A DNA stretch of 64,000 bases from Wickerhamiella versatilis (Eukaryota), in assembly GCA_030867685.1 (NCBI GenBank), contig JAQOWU010000003.1:1054001-1118000 (forward strand), read 5' to 3'. The notes beneath the pieces were generated by a model. It had not been told where the DNA came from. It was given only the letters and a program-made list of their open reading frames with translations, and ran no database searches. Positions 41,561 to 52,674 of this stretch are shown piece by piece; within the stretch, counting starts at the first letter, position 1; every line of letters starts with the position of its first letter. The translations under genes and the position numbers were made by a program.

Positions 41561-43084
41561 ATGACGGGGGCATCCTCTGTAGCGTCCTTTCTCCGGATAG
41601 GGAGCCTACCACCAATGTTTTCATCAGCTATAAGCGTATTATGCAAATACGCGAAATTCGTCGGTCCCGGGATCATGGTAAGTGTTGCGTACATGGACCC
41701 GGGCAACTATTCGACGGCCGTCAGCGCGGGCGCTGAATACCAGTACCATCTTTTGTTCACGGTGATGTTGTCTAATATTTTCGCTGTAGTACTTCAAATT
41801 CTCTGCGCGAAGCTTGGTGCAGTGACTGGACTCAATCTGGCGGAGAACTGTCGTAAGCACCTTCCAAGATGGCTCAACATTATCCTTTATGTCTTGACTG
41901 AGATTGCTATTATTGCCACAGACCTCGCAGAGGTTGTGGGTACTGCTATAGCGTTAAATATTCTGCTGCGCATACCGCTCACCATTGGCATCATTCTGAC
42001 TGTGGTGGATGTACTGATTGTTCTAGCTGTGTATAACCCAGAGGGACCCATGCGTGCAGTGCGCTACTTTGAGTATTTTGTAAGTATACTTGTTGCTGTC
42101 GTGGTTGTCTGCTTTGCGGTTGAGTTGGCACATATCCGTGTTGAAGAGCCAATGCAGGTTCTGGAAGGGTTCCTTCCATCGAAGGAATTGACGGAAAAAT
42201 CGAGCCTCTATCTGAGCTGTGGTATCCTAGGTGCCACAGTCATGCCTCATTCGCTCTATTTGGGCAGTGGAATAGTACAGCCGCGTCTGAAAGACTTCGA
42301 TATGAAGCGTGGAACCTACAAGGGCTCCTTGGAAACAGACTCCCAGCCAGATCAACAAGAATACCACCCGTCTCTAGCAGCAGTTAAATACTGCATGAAC
42401 TATACACTCGCAGAATTAGTGATTTCTTTGTGTACTGTTGCAATCTTCGTCAATGCAGCTATTTTGATTGTGGCCGGTGCGACTATGTACAAGACCGAGG
42501 AAGCATATGATGCAGATCTGTTCTCAATATATCAGATGCTTGTTCAGTACCTGGGTCAAGCCGCAGGTACTGTATTTGCTTTGGCTTTGCTTTTTAGTGG
42601 CCAGTCCTCCGGGGTGATCTGTACCCTGTCAGGGCAGATGGTCGCGGAAGGTTTTATTCATTGGTCAGTAAAGCCCTGGATTCGCCGTATAGTTACAAGA
42701 TCACTGGCAATTGCCCCCTGTTTCTTCGTGTCTACATTTGTTGGTCGCAGCGGGTTGGCGTCGGTGCTCAATGCCAGCCAAGTGGTTCTCTCTCTACTTT
42801 TGCCCTTTGTTTGCGCTCCACTGATTTTCTTTACTGGATCCAAGAAAGTCATGCGGGTGCCCATTGAAACAGAAACACACTCTTCCGAGGGTGAGGACAA
42901 TGGCGAGGTAGTGGAAACTGTACCGGCATCTGAGTCCTATTCTCGTCTTGAAGATGGTGGCACTACTTACCAGGACCTTAGCAATTCGCTAACGTTGCAA
43001 GTTGTTTCTGGTGCTATTTTCGCCTTTGTATCAGCACTCAATCTGTTCCTCATTGCATCTATGGCATTTGGAGGAACTGGCTAA
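41561..43084 (+). CDS. SMF2: NRAMP divalent metal transporter (Smf2-like)
   Basis: AYMDPGN, ATDLAEV and GATVMPHSLYL; paralogue assignment and start (41561 vs the later ATG at 41615) are uncertain. Confidence 0.8.
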   Translation: MTGASSVASFLRIGSLPPMFSSAISVLCKYAKFVGPGIMVSVAYMDPGNYSTAVSAGAEYQYHLLFTVMLSNIFAVVLQILCAKLGAVTGLNLAENCRKHLPRWLNIILYVLTEIAIIATDLAEVVGTAIALNILLRIPLTIGIILTVVDVLIVLAVYNPEGPMRAVRYFEYFVSILVAVVVVCFAVELAHIRVEEPMQVLEGFLPSKELTEKSSLYLSCGILGATVMPHSLYLGSGIVQPRLKDFDMKRGTYKGSLETDSQPDQQEYHPSLAAVKYCMNYTLAELVISLCTVAIFVNAAILIVAGATMYKTEEAYDADLFSIYQMLVQYLGQAAGTVFALALLFSGQSSGVICTLSGQMVAEGFIHWSVKPWIRRIVTRSLAIAPCFFVSTFVGRSGLASVLNASQVVLSLLLPFVCAPLIFFTGSKKVMRVPIETETHSSEGEDNGEVVETVPASESYSRLEDGGTTYQDLSNSLTLQVVSGAIFAFVSALNLFLIASMAFGGTG

Positions 43085-43414
43085 AGAGAGTAAACCATCA
43101 TGATTGATGATATTTGCAATGTATGTAATGTGAAAGAGAGGTACGGTAGGGTTATTCCAATGTGGAAAGCACCTTCTGCCAATAATGTGAATTCGTTTAT
43201 CTCGGCTTTAATGAAAGATTCCATCATCATTTTATTTTATTTTTTTTCGTGGTTGTCTGCCTAGTGACCCGCATATCTCTGTTAGATGGTTCAATTATAT
43301 TATAAGTACAAATTCTAGTTGATGTCACTGGACACACACACATATATATATATCCTCAAATTGCAAGTCTCGACATTAGCATCAATTCCGAGAAATTTGC
43401 GGCGCTGAAGCCAG

Positions 43415-44716
43415 TCAGCGTTTACCATTAGGCTTCGTAGATAGCCCTGCTAACCTCTGTGGACCTACTTGTGGGGCAGTAGTTTTGAAATCGGCAGTGG
43501 GGAGAGTGCCCTGGTAGTTTCTCATCAACACAGGCATATTTTTGGATAGCGAAGAGTCAATGTCATCAGGTGAGGCATCTGAAACAAGCCTTCCGAGAAC
43601 ATTATGGGCTTTGAGAGCCACGTGCCGTTCCTCGTCGCTGATATCAAGCTCTCCTGGAGCGGCCAGACGCTCACGCTGAAGATATTGAAGTTCTAGAAGC
43701 AGGTGAGCAGCCAACTCTCTTTCAGTACCATTCTTGGCTGCGTCAATTTCGTCTTGGTCAATAAAACTGTATGGTGTCCATTCCAAAAGAGCTTCGACAT
43801 CAACATCCGACGACTCAATAATATAATTTTGTTGTTGCTGCTGCGGTTCTGCATCATTTTGGACTAATGGTATATCAGAAGGCTCGGGTTTTGCCTCTGG
43901 CTTTGGGGATTCAGGAGACGACGCGGGTCTACCGGCCTCCCAAACGCCAATAGCCTCGTGCGGCGTGATCGACGACCCAATGGTATCAATACGAGGGGCA
44001 AATGACGCATAAGGGTCCGTATTGAGCCAGCGTGGGGCTCCTAATGGAGCTCTTGCTGGATGAGTGAACTGACCTAAGATATCGGTTGGTGGTACAAATG
44101 GGTATGGTACTTGCGAGGAAGGTGAGGCATAACCAAGGGTGACTTCTGGCAACGGTGCCAAATGTGGTAAGAGCTTAACTGTGTGAACCGAGCCTCCGAC
44201 CTTGGATTCTCGGGGATCTATAGTGGCTTTTCCCGTTTCCGTAGTAAATAGTGGACCGTTTTGAGCAATGAGGTAGTAGGCCTCACCATACCACTCCTTA
44301 GCATCGGCATATACGCACTCAAAACTTTGTTGTAATTGACGCATGTACTGATCACCAATATTAGCTGGTTCTTGGAATGCTAGAAGTCCCAGGCGGCGAG
44401 CATCGCGTAACAACAAGTCTACCGCTGCACGAAAGAACCCGCGAAGCTTCTGATATCCTGGTGATCCCACTGGGTGCATTGAGAGTTTTTGCGATACGAC
44501 GAATTTGAGATCTGCGTATAGTGACATTGGCTGAGCGGTGTTATAGCTACCCGCATTATATTTGGTCAGAATACTCTCCTCAGATCCTTGTGGTACACCA
44601 TTTTCAGCTGCAGCATCCGCTACTGGTAAAATCTTTTCATTCAAAACTTCATCTCCTGCTGGCTGTTTGCTCAGTACGTCTAAAAAGTCAGTGTACAACT
44701 CAGCCAGCGTGCTCAT
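43415..44716 (-). CDS. RSC58: RSC chromatin-remodelling subunit, Rsc58-like
   Basis: 'LYADLK' bromodomain-like N-terminus and 'WL..DPYASFAP..D' motif; first ATG at 44716. Confidence 0.6.
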   Translation of the reverse strand: MSTLAELYTDFLDVLSKQPAGDEVLNEKILPVADAAAENGVPQGSEESILTKYNAGSYNTAQPMSLYADLKFVVSQKLSMHPVGSPGYQKLRGFFRAAVDLLLRDARRLGLLAFQEPANIGDQYMRQLQQSFECVYADAKEWYGEAYYLIAQNGPLFTTETGKATIDPRESKVGGSVHTVKLLPHLAPLPEVTLGYASPSSQVPYPFVPPTDILGQFTHPARAPLGAPRWLNTDPYASFAPRIDTIGSSITPHEAIGVWEAGRPASSPESPKPEAKPEPSDIPLVQNDAEPQQQQQNYIIESSDVDVEALLEWTPYSFIDQDEIDAAKNGTERELAAHLLLELQYLQRERLAAPGELDISDEERHVALKAHNVLGRLVSDASPDDIDSSLSKNMPVLMRNYQGTLPTADFKTTAPQVGPQRLAGLSTKPNGKR

Positions 44717-44750
44717 CAGTGTGGCCGGCACGCTTACTCACCACCCTTCG

Positions 44751-45983
44751 ATGGATTCAAGCGATGATGAATATGTTGATGATTTCGAACCCACAGAGGC
44801 ACCACGTCGTCGCAATTTAAGAAATAATAAAGTTAAATCGAATGGAACGACTGGTTATTCCTGGGAGGACGAATACTATAGGTCTTGGGATGTTGTACAA
44901 GAAGATAGCGCCGGTTCTCTGGCGGGAGCGGTTGCTGGAATGGTAGAAACAACAAAAAGGAAACGTATTCTGCATGATACACGTCCAGTTCAGCGAGGAA
45001 TCATTCGAAACCTCGTATTAATCGTTGACTTGAGTTTTGCAATGGCAGACAATGATATGCGACCTACACGCTTGCAACGGACCATAACGATAATGGGGGA
45101 TTTTATTCAGGAATATTTTGGTCAAAATCCGATTAGCCAGCTAGCTATCGTAGGGATGGCAGATGGCCTGGCTCATCTTGTGAGCCCTCTCGATGGTAAT
45201 CCCCATTTGCATTTGGCAAATCTTCAGAAACTAAAGAAGGGAGAACCTTCAGGAATTCCATCATTGCAAAATGCGCTTGAGATGGCACGAGCTGTTCTTT
45301 ATCATGTTCCTAGACATTGCACCAAAGAGGTGCTTGTTGTTTTTGGTGCGCTGATGTCGAATGATCCCAAGGACATCGAAAAAACAATAAAGACATTGTG
45401 TGAGGAGCGTGTTCGTGTACGTATCATCGGATTAGCTGCCCAGGTTGCGGTATGTCAACGTATATGCGAGGCGACCAACTTTGGAGACAAAAAGGCCTAT
45501 CAGGTTGTCCTTAATGAACAACATTTTCGCGAGCTTATGCTTTCTGTGACAGTACCTTTGAGTATTTCAGCCCAGACTGCAAAAAAGGCTTCGACTCTAG
45601 TACTGATGGGATTTCCCTCGCGCGTGACAAGTGCTGAGGGGTCATTATGTGCATGCCACGGCCGTCTCACTAAACATGGCTATGTATGTCCTCGTTGTAA
45701 GGCGAAGATATGTACCTTACCTATGCTATGCCCTTACTGCTCTTTGACCCTCATATTGAGTACTCACTTGGCTCGATCCTACCATCACCTTTTCCCTCTC
45801 AATAATTTCGAGCAGATAGACGCCGACGAAAGCAAATCATGTTACGCTTGCCTTTCACCTTTTCAAGAACATAGCTATCAATGCCCTGATTGTAAAGAAT
45901 TATTCTGTGTTGATTGCGATGTATTTTGTCATGAATCTCTCCATAATTGCCCTGGGTGCGAATCGAAAGTAACAACTTCATAA
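44751..45983 (+). CDS. SSL1: TFIIH subunit p44
   Basis: 'GYSWEDEY.RSWD', 'QRGIIRNL', VWA 'QNPISQL', 'PSLQNALEMAR', C4 zinc finger and C-terminal RING 'CHESLHNCPGC'. Confidence 0.95.
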   Translation: MDSSDDEYVDDFEPTEAPRRRNLRNNKVKSNGTTGYSWEDEYYRSWDVVQEDSAGSLAGAVAGMVETTKRKRILHDTRPVQRGIIRNLVLIVDLSFAMADNDMRPTRLQRTITIMGDFIQEYFGQNPISQLAIVGMADGLAHLVSPLDGNPHLHLANLQKLKKGEPSGIPSLQNALEMARAVLYHVPRHCTKEVLVVFGALMSNDPKDIEKTIKTLCEERVRVRIIGLAAQVAVCQRICEATNFGDKKAYQVVLNEQHFRELMLSVTVPLSISAQTAKKASTLVLMGFPSRVTSAEGSLCACHGRLTKHGYVCPRCKAKICTLPMLCPYCSLTLILSTHLARSYHHLFPLNNFEQIDADESKSCYACLSPFQEHSYQCPDCKELFCVDCDVFCHESLHNCPGCESKVTTS

Positions 45984-46103
45984 TGGAAGCTTTCCCACTA
46001 TTTTCCTACAAAGTTTTATTACCATTTATTTATATCACATTGAGCGCCGCTCAGTAAAAAGTATCATAATTGTGATTTTAGCGAATGCATTTAGAAAACT
46101 GTG

Positions 46104-49100
46104 CTATAGCTCGGTAACCCACTCACCATTACGTCGGACTTGAATAACTTTGCGAGCAGGAAGGTCTAAACTCACTGCTCCAATATGAGGAACAACCCAA
46201 GCCTGGCGTCTAGTAGGATTTATCATTGTAGGCGCATATGCACCCATTAGAGGCTTTGAAAACGTTATCAAAGGAGTACCTGAGGCTATGTGTCCAAGAA
46301 TTGCGGCAGAAATATCTACTAGTGGCCGAAGCCTTATCTTGGCTGCATCATCACTAGCAGTCAGTGCTGAATATACCAGATATTCTGGAGGCTGCGAGCC
46401 CGAATGCCCCAAAATAGAGCTTGGGTGAATAAATATACGTTGAGAATCCTCTAAATTGAGGTATGGAGTCTGCATTATTATTTTTGTGGGTGCCGTTTCC
46501 TCCACGAGATCTGCACGCACCGCGACCTGATCAATATAACCCGCGGCTAAAATCTGCTTGAGAGCTAAAAGTTGCACTTTTTCGGGGATAGATAAGGGAT
46601 TCACAAGAGATTGTGCAACTGTATCAACAGCATCAGGCCTTGTTGCAGTTGCAACAAGTCTTGAAAGTTGACCACGAAGCTTTTCTATCTCGAACATAAC
46701 TTTGGCTCTGAGGAATGAGATTTGGCAGAATTCATCCCTATCTTTCGCGAAGGAGTACCCAGCAATGGCTGCTAGTAATCTGAACGCATCAGATCTAGGA
46801 TCCAATGCTCCGAGTCGGCTCTGTGCCTTTCCCCACGCCTCTCTGATAGCACGCGCCTTTTCCTTCTCATGCACATTTCCATCATTAGCAGATGGAAGTT
46901 CCCATTGTGACATCATGGGATCACCAACAGATAATGCCGCCACGAGAGCGACCACATACGGTAGACAGTTATGTTGATTTCCGATCAATAACATTTTCGA
47001 ATGACGAGGATGCAAAGGAAACTGATTCATTTGCTGCCCAATTGGTGTTACTGCTCCATCATTGTCTAATGCACCAAGAACTTTGAGTGTAAAAATTCCT
47101 TGTTCCAATCTCTTAGAAGATGGTGGAGATGGGAATGGAAAATTCGTAATATGATGAATACCCATACTTTTCATTTGGAGCACTAGTGATTCAATAGGCA
47201 TACGTTGAATTTCAGGATCTGAGAACTGAGGGAAATCGCGCTCATATACTGCACTGCTGTATACCCCATAGCAGTGTCCTGGACCTGTACGACCTGCACG
47301 GCCTGCTCGTTGATTTGCAGCGGCCTTTGAAATCCAACTTACTTTGAATTTTTGCACATTATTTTCATAAACCCGTTGCTTTACACGGCCACTATCAACA
47401 ACATAACGAATGCCAGGAATGGTTAATGACGTTTCTGCAACGTTTGTGGCCACAACACAGAGTCTATGACCTTTTGGGGGCTTTTCGAAAACCTTCATTT
47501 GCTGGGATGTTGGTAGCAACGAATAGAGTGGAAGAACATGTAATTTTGTTTCTTCTCCATCGTACTCTTCCTCGAAACCTTCCTCATCAGACTCCTCATC
47601 TTCTTCATCATGGTCACTATCATTGTCACTATTTTCGGTGTCAGACCCGAAATTAAGATCAATTGCCTCTTCATCGAGGTCGTCTTGCGCTGAAGCACGA
47701 ACAGTAACATCCACAGCATCGGCACGTGAGCCTGAGGCCTCATGGAGAAGCTTGCACGCTTGAGTAATTTCATTTTGTCCAGTTAAGAATATTAAAATAC
47801 CACCCTTAGGTAGACGTGTGTGGATCTTTAATGCCTTTGCAATACATTCCTTCACGTATTCTCTGCTGGTGCGGCGACTGAAATGCATACTCACCGGGTA
47901 TTGCCGAGATTCAACAGAGACTACCGGAGGACGCTCTAAAAACAACTGCCTATTATCGACAAAGTCTGAGACTCGTAATGTTGCACTCATCACCACTAGT
48001 TTCAATGGTCTTTTCTTCTCCCGCCGAAGTCTGACTATTCGACTAAGAAGACCTAGGAGAATATCTGTGTTCACACTTCGTTCGTGAGCTTCGTCAACTA
48101 TAAGTGCCGAATACTTGGAGAGCTCAAAATCTGACGACATCTCACGAAGCAAGACACCATCTGTCATGAATTTAACGCGTGTATCATCGCCAACTCTTGT
48201 GTCGAACCTAATCTGGTAACCAACGTGACTGCCATGCTCGGGGCCAAGCTCCTCTCCGACACGCTTTGCCATGGAAACAGCAGCTACTCTTCGCGGCTGC
48301 GTAATTCCAATCATACCCTTAATATGCGTACCAAAGCCTGCCTCGTATAGGAATTGTGGCACTTGAGTTGTCTTTCCTGAACCAGTTTCACCTGTAAGGA
48401 CCACAACGTCATTGTTATGTATGGCTTCCATGATTTCTTGTTCTTGAGCGATAGCAGGCAGGTGTTCACGCTGAGATTGAACTTGAGGCGTTCTTGAGAT
48501 ATCAACGTGATAAGTTGCTTCTCTTTTTACTGTCATACGTTCCTCTGGAGGAGCCTCCAAGTCGACTTCAGCAGGCCTAGGCACATGTTTATAGTTAAGA
48601 GGCTGCTGCGTTGGGATCGGACCCGAATCAGGCTCCAAAGAACGAGCCCAGGACACAAATTCTTTACCCTTCTTATGTGGATCCTCTTCCGCATCACTGG
48701 AATTATCTGGCATATTAGATTCAGAGATTTCTTCAGACTCACTAGACTCAGAGCTATTATCTGAAAAACCTTCGAATTCGGATTCCGCAGTCTCATCCTC
48801 ACTTTTGCTATCCTCCTCTTGCTCACCTAGAAGCTCACGCCAACTGGCTTTCTTAGGTTTATTGGTTTTGTTATTCTTCGCGATAGTAGGCAGGTCTTTG
48901 AAACCGAAGCCTCCTACCGCCGCTTTTCCAACGTTTGTGTAGTTTCCATTTTTTTCACCGGCAGATACCACATTAGATTTCTCTTCTTTGTTTTCTCTCT
49001 CATACTCCTCATCTTCATCCTCATCTCCATCTTCATCATCCTCATCTTCACTCTCATTCTCATCCGAAGAACCTGATTTTTCGGGAGCGGTTGATACTGC

Positions 49101-49499
49101 CTGCGAACCAGTCCCCAGTCGACTCAGTGGCTGCAAATGCCCTGTATCCACCCGCGTATGGGCCAATTTAGCGAAAATCTCGTCTCTTTCCTGTCTTTTG
49201 ACTTGTCTGTCTATATACTTGTCAAGTCGTTTTCGCTTATTACGAGACGTCTTAGTTTCCTGTTTTGAATAGAGATCATCACTAATTTTACGCTTTTTCT
49301 CTTCTTTTTCTGCTTGTGTCAAAGGAAATAAGGCATCGGCTTGTGACCCTTCACCATAGTGGTCAATCGAACCATTAGAGGGTTCATGATCATGATCCTC
49401 GTGATGGAATTGCTTCTGACGCTTTGCACGAAGAGCATTACGCTTTGCAACACCACCTGCGCGAGCTTTATCGTTGAAACGCTGGCGATATTTTGCCAT
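46104..49499 (-). CDS. DHR1: DEAH-box RNA helicase of the SSU processome
   Basis: GETGSGKTTQVPQFLYEAG, DEAH, MSAT and QRAGRAGR; N-terminal 'MAKYRQRFNDKAR' as in Dhr1/Ecm16. Confidence 0.92.
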   Translation of the reverse strand: MAKYRQRFNDKARAGGVAKRNALRAKRQKQFHHEDHDHEPSNGSIDHYGEGSQADALFPLTQAEKEEKKRKISDDLYSKQETKTSRNKRKRLDKYIDRQVKRQERDEIFAKLAHTRVDTGHLQPLSRLGTGSQAVSTAPEKSGSSDENESEDEDDEDGDEDEDEEYERENKEEKSNVVSAGEKNGNYTNVGKAAVGGFGFKDLPTIAKNNKTNKPKKASWRELLGEQEEDSKSEDETAESEFEGFSDNSSESSESEEISESNMPDNSSDAEEDPHKKGKEFVSWARSLEPDSGPIPTQQPLNYKHVPRPAEVDLEAPPEERMTVKREATYHVDISRTPQVQSQREHLPAIAQEQEIMEAIHNNDVVVLTGETGSGKTTQVPQFLYEAGFGTHIKGMIGITQPRRVAAVSMAKRVGEELGPEHGSHVGYQIRFDTRVGDDTRVKFMTDGVLLREMSSDFELSKYSALIVDEAHERSVNTDILLGLLSRIVRLRREKKRPLKLVVMSATLRVSDFVDNRQLFLERPPVVSVESRQYPVSMHFSRRTSREYVKECIAKALKIHTRLPKGGILIFLTGQNEITQACKLLHEASGSRADAVDVTVRASAQDDLDEEAIDLNFGSDTENSDNDSDHDEEDEESDEEGFEEEYDGEETKLHVLPLYSLLPTSQQMKVFEKPPKGHRLCVVATNVAETSLTIPGIRYVVDSGRVKQRVYENNVQKFKVSWISKAAANQRAGRAGRTGPGHCYGVYSSAVYERDFPQFSDPEIQRMPIESLVLQMKSMGIHHITNFPFPSPPSSKRLEQGIFTLKVLGALDNDGAVTPIGQQMNQFPLHPRHSKMLLIGNQHNCLPYVVALVAALSVGDPMMSQWELPSANDGNVHEKEKARAIREAWGKAQSRLGALDPRSDAFRLLAAIAGYSFAKDRDEFCQISFLRAKVMFEIEKLRGQLSRLVATATRPDAVDTVAQSLVNPLSIPEKVQLLALKQILAAGYIDQVAVRADLVEETAPTKIIMQTPYLNLEDSQRIFIHPSSILGHSGSQPPEYLVYSALTASDDAAKIRLRPLVDISAAILGHIASGTPLITFSKPLMGAYAPTMINPTRRQAWVVPHIGAVSLDLPARKVIQVRRNGEWVTEL

Positions 49500-49621
49500 G
49501 AATCTTCCACGCTTATTTAATTTTTTGTGAAACCCTCAACCCATCATTCAGGCTTCCCCGTCCACTCACCTACCTAGGACTGATTGGCAGGTGGTGTGAC
49601 AGTTGATACTGTAGGAGGGTA

Positions 49622-50521
49622 ATGATAAGATTGGTACACTATGGTCAACACAAATTTGCCCCATGGTATCAGAGTCCTGGATATATCGATATGGAGGCCA
49701 AAACTTTAAAGAGCTACCGTTCCAAAGAGCCTCAGACTCTATGGAAAGGAATCTCGCTTGAGAATGGAGAGACCGAACTGGATATACATATATGCCCAAA
49801 TTGTTTCTTGTATTCATCACAGGCCTCAGATATCACTGCTCACCAGAAATTTTGCCACTTCAGGTCAAGCTCTCCAGGCCAACTGGTTTATAAAGGGGAA
49901 GATTTTCTGATCCGGCGTCTTGAATACGAAGAGACGCCCGAAGAACCAAATCGTATGAAGCTTTTCATGCAGGCAATTTCGTTGTTTGGCCGAATGTTTC
50001 TTGAAACTAAAAGTATATGCTTTGCGCTTGACGGATTTGAATTTTTCGTGGCCTACGATGCAGTTTCTGGCCTTCCAGCTGGGTTTTTCAGTAAGGAAAA
50101 GCAAAGCTGGCATGATTACAATTTAGCGTGCATTGTTGTGTTTCCTCCATTTCAACGACGGGGCCTAGGTCAGCTATTAATTGGGTATTCATATTACTTG
50201 TCACGAAAAGTAGGAAAACTAGGTGGCCCTGAACACCCATTGAGCAAGCATGGTCGTAAGACCTACCTCGCATATTGGAACCAAGCTCTGTCTCAAGCTC
50301 TGACCACAATGGATAGGCCTCCCAAAACATTGCGTGAGTTATGTGATATTACGGGAATAGCATCAACAGATGTTGTGATTACTCTGGAAGATATGGGTGC
50401 ATTGAAGCATGATAAAAAGAAGACTGAGCTTGATATGGCATTGGTATGTCGATATGTGGTCGAACATCCTCCTAAACTCCCCTTTGATGAAACAAAAGTA
50501 ATTCATAATGAAGAGGCGTAG
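49622..50521 (+). CDS. SAS2: MYST histone acetyltransferase
   Basis: 'GFFSKEK', 'NLACIVVFPPFQRRGLGQLLI' and 'GGPEHPLS'; a short stand-alone MYST domain as in Sas2. Confidence 0.75.
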   Translation: MIRLVHYGQHKFAPWYQSPGYIDMEAKTLKSYRSKEPQTLWKGISLENGETELDIHICPNCFLYSSQASDITAHQKFCHFRSSSPGQLVYKGEDFLIRRLEYEETPEEPNRMKLFMQAISLFGRMFLETKSICFALDGFEFFVAYDAVSGLPAGFFSKEKQSWHDYNLACIVVFPPFQRRGLGQLLIGYSYYLSRKVGKLGGPEHPLSKHGRKTYLAYWNQALSQALTTMDRPPKTLRELCDITGIASTDVVITLEDMGALKHDKKKTELDMALVCRYVVEHPPKLPFDETKVIHNEEA

Positions 50522-50665
50522 ATTCTGGTTGAAATATTTATTTTCTAGTTGGCACTTAATCTCACTTTATTAAACAGTCAGTATTTAAGATGAAATATGC
50601 CACAGCCGTTAGCTTAGGCAGATGGTTGTTGAAACGGCTTAGGTAGTATCAACGTCTTATAGTGA

Positions 50666-52348
50666 TCAAACAGAACTTACAACGAGGTCTAGAAGTTTAT
50701 CCAGTATAATTTCAGGTCCGTCGTAGGCATATGCAGGCGGTAGTTGCTCAGCTAGGGCTACAACAGATTCAGGAATAGAGGGTCCAGATTCCACAGGTGC
50801 TGAAGGCTGGAGGTGGAGCTCAGCTCCTACCGGATCAGCCCCTATAGTGCTGAAACTCCTGCTATAAACTTCGACAGGATCAGCATCTCGATAAAGCTCA
50901 ATGTAGCGCTGCTGTGATCTTGCCAACGAAATGGCATCGCCGCGATCTGCCTCGTAACGCAGCCATGAGTCGAATATCGGTCGCAACTGCATCGGGCTTA
51001 ATGTGGCAACAGCTTTTTCAAAGAGTACGTTTGCATTCGAGCGGTCATTTTGATTAATTAGATAAACAAGATATGCGCGTACAAAGTTTGGCTCAGAAGC
51101 AAATTTGCGATTGGCAATTTCATATATTTTGTTTGCGACAGAATTTGATCCTGCCATGAGTTCGAGATCCGCTGAAGCAGTGTAAATCTGGAAAGAAGCA
51201 CTATTTTGCTTGCGACATTCAGAACTAATTTTTCTTGCTTCTCCAAGTCCAGATAATCGGTATGTTGCACGCATGAGCTCGCAGTAAGCGATTGTGGGCA
51301 ATTCAGAGTGTTTGATCAATGACCGCCACACTTCGTCAACTTTATCAAGCTTTCCTTGGAATTCATAAATATCTGACAGGCGTGCGGTAAGTAAGAATGA
51401 AGTTGGACTTGTTTTCAAGCCTACATCAAGGAATTTGAAGGCCTCGTCAACCATCTCACCGATCCCGGCACAAAATTGTGCTGCTTCAAACCACCATTCT
51501 GCGCACCATTGTAAAGAAAGGGATGCCCGGCGGTAGACCCATAGTATACGCTGGCGCGGATCAGGTAGCTGAAGAGGATTAGTTAGTTCGTACTTAACAA
51601 GAGCACGCCATTTTGCGATCTGATCCCGATAATCATCCCCATTTTTCTCAAATTCTCGCTCAGGGGGAATAGTTGATGTGTGAATACCTTTAGCCAGGTT
51701 GACACGCCTTTGTAGACACTGTCGCGCTCTCATATATGCAGCAGCCCGCTCTCCAATGAATTTTGCCGCAGTTGCTCGTGATATTTCTTGTTCAAACTCG
51801 TCATAACGGCGCCAGAGTTGTTCAAGACCAGATATAGGCAATGAAACGGCTCTTTTATAGGCCTTACGTGTCTCGTCCATACGGTGCTGGGCCTGCCAGC
51901 CCACCGTCGCTGGGCGTGATTCGAGGAAATCTAAGTACTCGGCCCAAATTTTGCCACTTTCTGTATCATGTTGTACTTCCTTGAGTGCATATTCATAGGC
52001 CTGAACGATTGTTTCTGCTGTTTCATCATCTTTACCTGTGTGTATTCGCCGTACATAACCTAAATAGGCCATCCATAGTCTGATATCTGGACAAATTGGA
52101 AGTGATCGAGCAAACAGCTTTTCGGCTTCACTGAACTCCTCAAGCGCCAAGTGGTGTTCGATGTACGTCACCCAAAGTTCCGCACTCCGAGGCCATATGT
52201 CAAGAGCACTCTCAAGAGTTTTGCGCAGCTGACCATGCATCCCTGGCTGAGACCTCATCTCAGATATTAATGCCAGCCATCGCTTAGGGGTCGCTGCACT
52301 CACACCCTCGACATCGACCTTCCGGCGCTTCGAAGCATCCTCATCCAT
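50666..52348 (-). CDS. RNA14: mRNA 3'-end processing factor (HAT repeats, CstF-77)
   Basis: HAT repeats 'LWMAYLGYVRR', 'IWAEYLDFL', 'LEQLWRRYDEFEQ' and 'NPLQL'. Confidence 0.85.
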   Translation of the reverse strand: MDEDASKRRKVDVEGVSAATPKRWLALISEMRSQPGMHGQLRKTLESALDIWPRSAELWVTYIEHHLALEEFSEAEKLFARSLPICPDIRLWMAYLGYVRRIHTGKDDETAETIVQAYEYALKEVQHDTESGKIWAEYLDFLESRPATVGWQAQHRMDETRKAYKRAVSLPISGLEQLWRRYDEFEQEISRATAAKFIGERAAAYMRARQCLQRRVNLAKGIHTSTIPPEREFEKNGDDYRDQIAKWRALVKYELTNPLQLPDPRQRILWVYRRASLSLQWCAEWWFEAAQFCAGIGEMVDEAFKFLDVGLKTSPTSFLLTARLSDIYEFQGKLDKVDEVWRSLIKHSELPTIAYCELMRATYRLSGLGEARKISSECRKQNSASFQIYTASADLELMAGSNSVANKIYEIANRKFASEPNFVRAYLVYLINQNDRSNANVLFEKAVATLSPMQLRPIFDSWLRYEADRGDAISLARSQQRYIELYRDADPVEVYSRSFSTIGADPVGAELHLQPSAPVESGPSIPESVVALAEQLPPAYAYDGPEIILDKLLDLVVSSV

Positions 52349-52674
52349 GATGACTGAGCGATATAGAATAGGAATGCTTGTATGAAAGAAAGAGAGGGGA
52401 CCGTTAGGAAAATATATTTCGCATTACACCGAAACAAGGATATTTTTAAGAGTACACAACAAATAAAATGGAGTAAAAAAAGCATGATGCTTCGAGGTAA
52501 CAGTAAAAATAATTGCTTTTTTTTAGACTCTAGCAACCATTAAGATATGATAGGAATTGGTGGAACTAACCAGAGGGTCATTCAAAGGACAGAAATAGCT
52601 AAGTACAACTAAGTTTCTTTGTATTGGACACTTACGAGTCACTCATGTACTGATCTCGCCTCTACTGTGTAAGC

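Noticed and set aside
44562-44750. SSL1 N-terminal extension overlapping the RSC58-like gene
   Set aside because: It begins at TTG and is antisense to a real CDS; the Ssl1-like sequence begins at MDSSDDEY (44751).
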